From assembly GCA_963843145.1 (NCBI GenBank), contig CAWJJC010000021.1:96001-160000 (forward strand): DNA of 64,000 bases. Direction: 5' to 3'. Source of the DNA: an uncultured delta proteobacterium (GTDB lineage: Bacteria; Desulfobacterota; RBG-13-43-22). How positions within the stretch are numbered: the first letter of the stretch is position 1; each line of letters opens with the position of its first letter. This document shows, piece after piece, positions 58,121-64,000 of the stretch. The notes under the pieces are model-generated. The model searched no databases, was not told where the DNA came from, and saw only the letters and a list, made by a program, of their open reading frames with translations. The position numbers and the translations under genes are program-made.

Positions 58121-59785
58121 ATGAACACTTTTTGGATTATTTTGATTCTGGGCTCCGGAATGCTGGGAGGTCTGGTCTGTTGGCTGATCATGCGCCAGAC
58201 CCGGCGGCGCGTAGATCTGTTGGCTCAAAAGATTAGGGGGATCGGCCCGGCCGGTCCGGCCAAGCGCCGGATCAGCCTTCCCAGTGAAGCCGACCAGATC
58301 ACCCAATTGGCCGAATCTTTCAACCAATTGTTAGATAATTTGGAAGCGGCACAGCAAGAAAAAAGTGAAGTGGAAGCGGACTACAAGCGGTTGTTCAATC
58401 AGGGGTATACTGGAAATTACTGGTCCAGTCCGGAGGGCGAGATCCTGCGGTGCAACCCGGCTTTTGCCCAAATCCTGGGATATGATTCGGTCAAGGCGTT
58501 GGCCGGAGTTAACCTGAAATCTTTGGTAAAAGGGGCGACTCAATGGGAACAATGGAAGCAGGAACTGGGAAAAAGGAAAAAGTTGGAATTTGAGGAGCAA
58601 CCCTGGATAAAACAAGATCAGACCAACCTGATCGTCTCCGGAAAAATGCTTGCTATAACGGACGATCAAGGGGAGATTATCCAGATCCAGGGATTTTTGC
58701 AAGATATTACTCGAAACCGGGCAATAGAGGAAGACCTGAAAAATTTGCGGGATCGCGATCCCCTGACCGGATTATTGAACCGCTGGACGTTTGAGCAGGA
58801 AATGGAAAAGTATGACACCGGCCAAAGCGATCCGGTGGGGATTTTGATCGGTGATGTGAATGGGTTAAAATATGTCAACGATACCCTGGGACATGAGGCG
58901 GGCAACCGGCTTCTGGTGGCCACCACCCAAACGATCCGAGAAGCCTTTTCGGAAGACTGCCTGATGGCTCGGGTGGGGGGGGACGAATTCGCGGTGATGG
59001 TCGTTAAAACGGAGCGCCCTCTCTTTGAAAGGGCCAGGCAAAAAATCCGTGAGGCCGTCGACCGCTATAACGGAGAAAACCCGGGTTTACAGTTAAGTCT
59101 GGCCATCGGATTTCACCTCAACGATGAGGCGCCTTCTTCGGTTCATGAGATTTTTACCCAGGCTGAAAATAATTTGCTCCGGGAGAAGCTCCTCTGTAAT
59201 CAAAGTATCCATAGCTCCGTGGTGCAGACCTTGAATAAGGCCCTGGAGATGCGGGATTTTATAACCGGGGGGCATGCGCACCGAATCCGGGAATTAGCGG
59301 AAAAGTTGGCCCGGGCCATTGGGTTGCCGGAGCGCAGCGTCATTGATATGCGGCTCCTGGCCGAATTTCATGATATCGGGAAAGTGGGGATCCCTGACCG
59401 GATATTGATGAAGCCCGGCCCTTTATCGCCGGAAGAAGCCATAGAGATGCAGCGGCATAGTGAAGTGGGCTATCGAATCGCTCTGGCGGCGACCGACCTG
59501 GTGCCCATAGCCGACTGGATATTGAAACATCACGAATGGTGGAACGGCCAGGGATATCCTGGAGGGCTTAAAGGGGAAAAGATCCCCCTGGAGTCCCGCA
59601 TCCTGGCCATTGTGGACTCCTACGACGTCATCACCAACGATCGACCCTACCGAAAGGGAGCGTCCCACGCGGAAGCGCTGGAGGAGATTCAAAAATACTC
59701 CGGGATACAGTTCGATCCGTATTTGGTCAGGATGTTTTGTCAGCTTTTTGAACAGCCGAATTCGAATGGAGTGAATCTGGTATGA
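58121..59785 (+). CDS. HAMP-PAS-GGDEF-HD-GYP c-di-GMP turnover protein
   Basis: TM plus HAMP; PAS; DPLTGLLNR, NDTLGH, GGDEF; HDIGK, HHEWWNGQGYP. Confidence 0.95.
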   Translation: MNTFWIILILGSGMLGGLVCWLIMRQTRRRVDLLAQKIRGIGPAGPAKRRISLPSEADQITQLAESFNQLLDNLEAAQQEKSEVEADYKRLFNQGYTGNYWSSPEGEILRCNPAFAQILGYDSVKALAGVNLKSLVKGATQWEQWKQELGKRKKLEFEEQPWIKQDQTNLIVSGKMLAITDDQGEIIQIQGFLQDITRNRAIEEDLKNLRDRDPLTGLLNRWTFEQEMEKYDTGQSDPVGILIGDVNGLKYVNDTLGHEAGNRLLVATTQTIREAFSEDCLMARVGGDEFAVMVVKTERPLFERARQKIREAVDRYNGENPGLQLSLAIGFHLNDEAPSSVHEIFTQAENNLLREKLLCNQSIHSSVVQTLNKALEMRDFITGGHAHRIRELAEKLARAIGLPERSVIDMRLLAEFHDIGKVGIPDRILMKPGPLSPEEAIEMQRHSEVGYRIALAATDLVPIADWILKHHEWWNGQGYPGGLKGEKIPLESRILAIVDSYDVITNDRPYRKGASHAEALEEIQKYSGIQFDPYLVRMFCQLFEQPNSNGVNLV

Positions 59786-60123
59786 TTATCAGGAATCTTT
59801 TGCACCCCGAGGTCCAGGCCACCCGCTACCGGGCCCATGATGGGGGCGTGGCCCACATGGTCCTGGACAACCGTCACCTGCAAACGCTTATGTTTCTGGC
59901 CCAGGCTGCCGTGCCTTCAGGAGAAAAATTGTCCGGCCACCGGGACCCCATGGAAGAAATCTATATTATCCAATGCGGTCAAGGAAGGATGCAGGTCGGG
60001 GAGGAGCGGCAGGAAGTTCAGGCTGGTGATGCCATCCACATTCCCATCGGCCAATATCATGAACTGATCAATACCGGTCAAGAGGAATTATCCATCTTGG
60101 TGGTGGCCGGGCTGATTCCTTAA
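59782..60123 (+). CDS. Cupin domain protein
   Basis: HRDPMEEIYII..GQG, GD.IHIP...HEL.N; ATGA overlap. Confidence 0.88.
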   Translation: MIIRNLLHPEVQATRYRAHDGGVAHMVLDNRHLQTLMFLAQAAVPSGEKLSGHRDPMEEIYIIQCGQGRMQVGEERQEVQAGDAIHIPIGQYHELINTGQEELSILVVAGLIP

Positions 60124-60129
60124 CAAGGC

Positions 60130-60183
60130 CAATAATCAATGATCAATTCTTAATTACTAATTGGCAATTGATTATTGATAATT
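60130..60183. repeat. Short heptamer-repeat palindrome (CAATAAT/ATTATTG type)
   Basis: CAATAAT-CAATGAT-CAATT ... AATTG-GCAATTG-ATTATTG-ATAATT. Confidence 0.6.
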
Positions 60184-60276
60184 CGTCTTATTGAAGGGCC
60201 TTATTTCCATGCTTCGGGGGGTCCGCCCCGGGGATGGTGGTCTAGTCTGAAAGCGGGTCAGCCGGGAAACGCGTGG

Positions 60277-60888
60277 TCACTCCACTCGCTGGAAGTGTTT
60301 CCGAGAACTCCGGCAGACCGGGCATTCGTCCGGTAGATCGGCGTCGAAAACATAACCGCAAACCTGGCAGACATGATAAACGACCTCCCGCTCGGTGAGC
60401 ATGGCGGTCAGGGCCTCTTTGTACAATTTGGCGTGCCGGTCTTCCACATCCCGGGAACGGATAAAACTCCAGGCTACGTCCTCCCGTTTTTGGGTCAGGG
60501 CCTCCCGGATCAGTGCAGGGTAAATTTCCCCCTTGGCCCGGATCTCATTTTCAAAGGCGGTCTTTAAGTTATCCGCCGTTTCTCCAATGACCCCTTCAAA
60601 GTATTTTAAGTATTCCGCGGCATGAATTCGTTCAGCCTCGGCTACCGCCTTAAAGAGGCCGGCTATCTGAGGGTAGCCTTCCTGGGTGGCTTTTTGGGCA
60701 AAGGCCTGGTTCCGGACCTGGGCCTTGGATTCCCCGGCGAAGGCTTCTTTCAGCAAGCCTTCCAGGGATTCGGGTAAGGGGTCGGAAAGTATAAATTGAT
60801 ACCGGTGGGCCCCGCAGACCGGACAATAATCGGGGGGTTGATCTCCGTTCGCCAGATAACCGCAGACCGTGCATTTCCATTTTTTCAT
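60277..60888 (-). CDS. Rubrerythrin with N- and C-terminal rubredoxin-like domains
   Basis: WKCTVCGY..CPVCG; AFAGES, EAERIHA, EDRHA; CQVCGY..CPVC. Confidence 0.92.
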   Translation of the reverse strand: MKKWKCTVCGYLANGDQPPDYCPVCGAHRYQFILSDPLPESLEGLLKEAFAGESKAQVRNQAFAQKATQEGYPQIAGLFKAVAEAERIHAAEYLKYFEGVIGETADNLKTAFENEIRAKGEIYPALIREALTQKREDVAWSFIRSRDVEDRHAKLYKEALTAMLTEREVVYHVCQVCGYVFDADLPDECPVCRSSRKHFQRVE

Positions 60889-60917
60889 AGATAATTGACC
60901 CTCCTGTTTCAATCTCA

Positions 60918-60946
60918 TTGACAGACCCAGGGGATCAGGTTATATT
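60918..60946 (+). promoter_or_regulatory. Sigma70 promoter of the DnaJ gene
   Basis: TTGACA-17 nt-TATATT. Confidence 0.6.
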
Positions 60947-61040
60947 ATCAGCAATCTAATGGAAATGAATTTTTTTATTCCGATCCGACACTTAGGCGTT
61001 AAAGAGACATAGAGTCCCTGGACTGGATAGAAGGAAGGTT

Positions 61041-62012
61041 ATGCCCGAAAAAGATTATTACAAAGTATTAGGGGTGGAAAAGAAGGCCTCCGAGGAGGCG
61101 ATTAAGAAGGTCTATCGCAAGCTGGCCATGAAATATCATCCCGACCGCAATAAAGGGGATAAAAAAGCGGAAGAAAAATTTAAGGAAATCAGCGAGGCCT
61201 ACGCGGTCCTGAGCGACAAGGAAAAGAGAAAACAATACGATACGTATGGGGCCGACGGGTTTCAGCAGCGTTACAGCCAGGAAGACATCTTTCGCGGGTT
61301 TGATTTTAATAATATTTTCAGGGAATTTGGATTCGGCGGCGGTGGCGGAGGTTCTGAAAATATATTTTCAGGCCGGGGACGGAGCAGCGGCGGGCGCCAG
61401 TACCGAACTTATGTCCACCCCGGAGGCGACCGGGCCTATGAGTACGGAGACCCTTTTGGACAATATGGTGGGGGCGCCGGAATGCCGCAACAAGGGGCTG
61501 ACCGTTTATATGAATTGGCCATCACCCTTCAGGAGGCGGCCAAAGGGGGCGAAAAGACCCTCACTTTCCCGTCCAGCAACAAGATGGAGAAGGTTTCCAT
61601 CAAAATTCCGGCGGGGATTACCACGGGTAAGAAGTTGCGGATTGCCGCTAAGGGAGAACCCGGGCTATTCAAGGGCCCTCCCGGAGATCTGTATATCCAG
61701 ATTAAAGTGTTAGAGGATCCCCTCTTTAAAGTGGAAGGTCATAACCTGGTCGTGGAAAAGACGATCAGTTTTAGTCAGGCGGCCCTGGGAACCCGGTTGG
61801 AGGTCCCTACCTTGGGGGGGAAGGCGCTACAAGTCAAAATTCCTCCGGGAACCCAGCCGCAGGCCAAGTTGCGACTTAAAGGCTACGGCCTCCCCCCTTT
61901 CGGCGATAAAATCCAAGGGGACCAGATTGTCAAAATTATCCTGGAAGTCCCTCAGAAACTGACTGACCCTCAGAGAAAAATCCTTGAAAATCTGGCGAAG
62001 GAAGGCCTCTAA
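61041..62012 (+). CDS. Class II J-domain protein (CbpA-like, no Zn finger)
   Basis: HPD motif, G/F-rich linker, DnaJ C-terminal domains, no CxxCxGxG. Confidence 0.95.
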   Translation: MPEKDYYKVLGVEKKASEEAIKKVYRKLAMKYHPDRNKGDKKAEEKFKEISEAYAVLSDKEKRKQYDTYGADGFQQRYSQEDIFRGFDFNNIFREFGFGGGGGGSENIFSGRGRSSGGRQYRTYVHPGGDRAYEYGDPFGQYGGGAGMPQQGADRLYELAITLQEAAKGGEKTLTFPSSNKMEKVSIKIPAGITTGKKLRIAAKGEPGLFKGPPGDLYIQIKVLEDPLFKVEGHNLVVEKTISFSQAALGTRLEVPTLGGKALQVKIPPGTQPQAKLRLKGYGLPPFGDKIQGDQIVKIILEVPQKLTDPQRKILENLAKEGL

Positions 62013-62172
62013 ACTGTCGCTTCCGGGTCCTGCTTAACGGAAAAGGACTATCCTTGAGAAAGGCCTGCTGTCCCGCCCCCTCCGGCGGGATGGTTTTTTA
62101 AGGGTCATCTTGAGTCCAGGGTCCGCCTTCTCAGCAGCGGCTTCCATTCTTGAGTACCAATCTTTAAACCCT

Positions 62173-63177
62173 ATGCCTATTTTTCAACATTTAGCGATTG
62201 ACTTGGGCACCACCTATTCGGTGGTTTGGATCCTGTCGTCGAATAACTTTGTCCAGGAGCCGACTTTTGTGGCCTTTAAGCGCCGGGATCGTCAGCCCCT
62301 GGCCATTGGTGGGGAGGCCAAACGGATGTCTGGCCTGACCCCGAACCATATTCAGGTCATCCAGCCTCTCAGGGAGGGGGTCATCTCGGATTTTGAAGTC
62401 TGCAGCATTTTTTTGCAAACTCTGATTAAGAGGGTTTTATCCAAGCGGAAGGGATTCGTTCGAAATGTTCTGTTTTGCCTCCCTTGGGGGGCCACGGACG
62501 TTGAGATCCGAGCTTATCGGAAGCAGTTGGAGCTCTATCCTTTTTCCCGTATTTATCTAGTCCGGGAGCCTTTGGCTGCGGCCTTGGGGGCTGATATCCC
62601 CATAGAAAATCCCGACGGAAATATTCTGGTGGACCTGGGCGGCGGGACTACGGAAATAACCACTTTGGCGATAAACGGGATCGTCCACTGCAATTCTCTG
62701 AAAACCGGAGGAAACAGCATGGACCAGACCATTCAGCATGAAATCGAACTCAAAAAACAATTTTGCATCGGGCTGACCACCGCCGAAAGCATCAAAATAA
62801 ATCATGGGACCATTGCCCCGCTGATCGAAGATTATTCTTTTGACATCAAAGGCTTTAATCGGCGTAATCATCTTCCTCGGAGGATGTCCCTGGGGACCGC
62901 CGAGATACGAGATAGCTTGGAGCCCATCGTTCAAAAAATACTCCTGGGCATCAATACGGCCTTCGAGTCACTGACCCCCGAGCTGGCGGCGGACATCTCC
63001 ACCAACGGGATCACTCTGGTGGGAGGGGGAGCCTATCTGCGGGGTTGGTCGGAGCGAATCAAGGATCGTTTTAATCTGCCCGTCCATATTCCCTCCAAAC
63101 CGCACCTCTGCGTTATTAGAGGCATGCAAAAAATACTTAAAAAGTTTAAGACCTACCGTTTTCTTCTTGAGGAATAG
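62173..63177 (+). CDS. Divergent MreB/Mbl-like actin-fold ATPase
   Basis: IDLGTT, PLREGVISDF, EPLAAALGA, DLGGGTTE, TPELAADI..NGITLVGGGA. Confidence 0.85.
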   Translation: MPIFQHLAIDLGTTYSVVWILSSNNFVQEPTFVAFKRRDRQPLAIGGEAKRMSGLTPNHIQVIQPLREGVISDFEVCSIFLQTLIKRVLSKRKGFVRNVLFCLPWGATDVEIRAYRKQLELYPFSRIYLVREPLAAALGADIPIENPDGNILVDLGGGTTEITTLAINGIVHCNSLKTGGNSMDQTIQHEIELKKQFCIGLTTAESIKINHGTIAPLIEDYSFDIKGFNRRNHLPRRMSLGTAEIRDSLEPIVQKILLGINTAFESLTPELAADISTNGITLVGGGAYLRGWSERIKDRFNLPVHIPSKPHLCVIRGMQKILKKFKTYRFLLEE

Positions 63178-63212
63178 CCTTTCTCCTGCGGAGAATTGAG
63201 CGCCTTACCGCT

Positions 63213-63704
63213 TCAGAAGATTTCAAAAGCATATTCGGCCAGGAATCGGTTGTCCAGAAAAAGACGGGCTTTCCAGGGTCCGATAAACTTGCTTTCGGAG
63301 GAAGAGAGGTTCCATAATCTTTTCTTGAAGGACAGCCAGCCCCAGGTCCGGTAATTGATGGTACCTTCGGGAACGGAAAATTTAAATCGGGTGGTTTCCT
63401 GGATCTTTTGATCCGGCCGGACCCAGTGCACCATGAACTGATGGGAGTTTTTGAGGCCGGTCCAGACGGTAACCAGGTAAATGCGATCACTCATAGAAAA
63501 GCGGCTGGATGGCGCGAGACTGGTGAGATCCTTGGTCATCAGGGATTGAAAAGTCGGAGCGGGCGCGGAGTACAGGGTTTTCGGGAGGAAAAGGATCAGC
63601 AGCGCCGCAATAAGCCACCCGGGCCCCTTATTGGATAGAAGCCGACAGCCCTTGACTTTGAATAATTTCTTTGACGAAATAGATGGGTTTGTTTTGAGAT
63701 TCAT
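63213..63704 (-). CDS. Hypothetical exported protein
   Basis: Hydrophobic N-terminal stretch; beta-rich body (W.RPD, GPWKARLFLD). Confidence 0.6.
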   Translation of the reverse strand: MNLKTNPSISSKKLFKVKGCRLLSNKGPGWLIAALLILFLPKTLYSAPAPTFQSLMTKDLTSLAPSSRFSMSDRIYLVTVWTGLKNSHQFMVHWVRPDQKIQETTRFKFSVPEGTINYRTWGWLSFKKRLWNLSSSESKFIGPWKARLFLDNRFLAEYAFEIF

Positions 63705-64000
63705 GATAGGTGCGGACCTGCAACTCCCCGAGAAGTCCGATGCTGATGAATTGTATTCCTATAAATATCAATAAAATCGCCAGAAGTAAAATGGGACGGT
63801 TGGACAGGGCTATTCCCATGAAAAGCCGCTCAATGGATAAATAACCGGCCAGGATAAATCCGAAGAATCCGGACAGGATTCCCCAGAGACCGAATACATG
63901 GATAGGGCGGGTAGAATAGGTCAGCAAAAATTTTACGGTGATCAGGTCCAGGATAACCCGAACTGTACGGGAAAGTCCGTACTTGGAGCGTCCAAATTTT
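63628..64000 (-). CDS. Glycosyltransferase family 2 (ArnC-like), C-terminal part
   Basis: GRSKYGLSRT.RV.LDLITV, RPIHVFG, two TMs, IGLLGE..RTY.ESQ.KPIY; 5' end outside window. Confidence 0.88.
   Translation of the reverse strand, partial: KFGRSKYGLSRTVRVILDLITVKFLLTYSTRPIHVFGLWGILSGFFGFILAGYLSIERLFMGIALSNRPILLLAILLIFIGIQFISIGLLGELQVRTYHESQNKPIYFVKEIIQSQGLSASIQ

Noticed and set aside
60948-60975. CIRCE operator upstream of the DnaJ gene
   Set aside because: Only the left half (TCAGCAATC) resembles the consensus; the right half is absent
1-64000. CRISPR array, rRNA, tRNA (including selC), prophage, intact integrase/transposase/RT
   Set aside because: No regularly spaced direct repeats, cloverleafs or matching protein motifs seen by eye; Sec machinery and mobilising enzymes would have to lie elsewhere

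Overview
Bacterial chromosomal window of moderately high GC. Gene content (desulfoferrodoxin, rubrerythrins, DVU0298-type HEAT protein, Sec-rhodanese) suggests an anaerobic deltaproteobacterium (Desulfobacterota); that assignment is inferred. It opens with ispD-ispF-cysS. A PerR/Fur-headed redox-stress cluster follows (3.5-15.8 kb): rubrerythrin, superoxide reductase, ferritin-like protein, 2-oxoacid:ferredoxin oxidoreductase, an octaheme HAO-family cytochrome, rubredoxin, exported TlpA and peroxiredoxin, three tiny Cys-rich proteins, an iron-sulfur flavoprotein and YyaL. Two ORF-track fragments at 18.6-19.4 kb are one selenoprotein: a rhodanese (in-frame UGA plus SECIS hairpin) fused to a ferritin-like domain. 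The 17-35 kb region is an accessory mosaic resembling a fossilised integrase-less cassette array, with about 9 attC-like hairpins, nearly all mutated in their cores. It also holds two 5'-truncated group IIC intron ends in cassette inverse-core sites, a duplicated DUF488 unit, and a vapC::lepB chimera. Several non-autonomous palindromic elements nest inside one another; one MITE family shows 4-bp target duplications, interchangeable cargo and an insertion that splits a gene. The rest carries cls, tkt, vapBC, an exported phosphoesterase/HEAT/DUF3047 cluster, acyl-CoA genes, an ECF transporter, a GGDEF/HD-GYP protein, and a DnaJ next to an MreB-like ATPase with an Hsp70-type phosphate loop. No rRNA, tRNA, CRISPR array, integrase or intact transposase was seen. 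All calls are by eye, without database searches.
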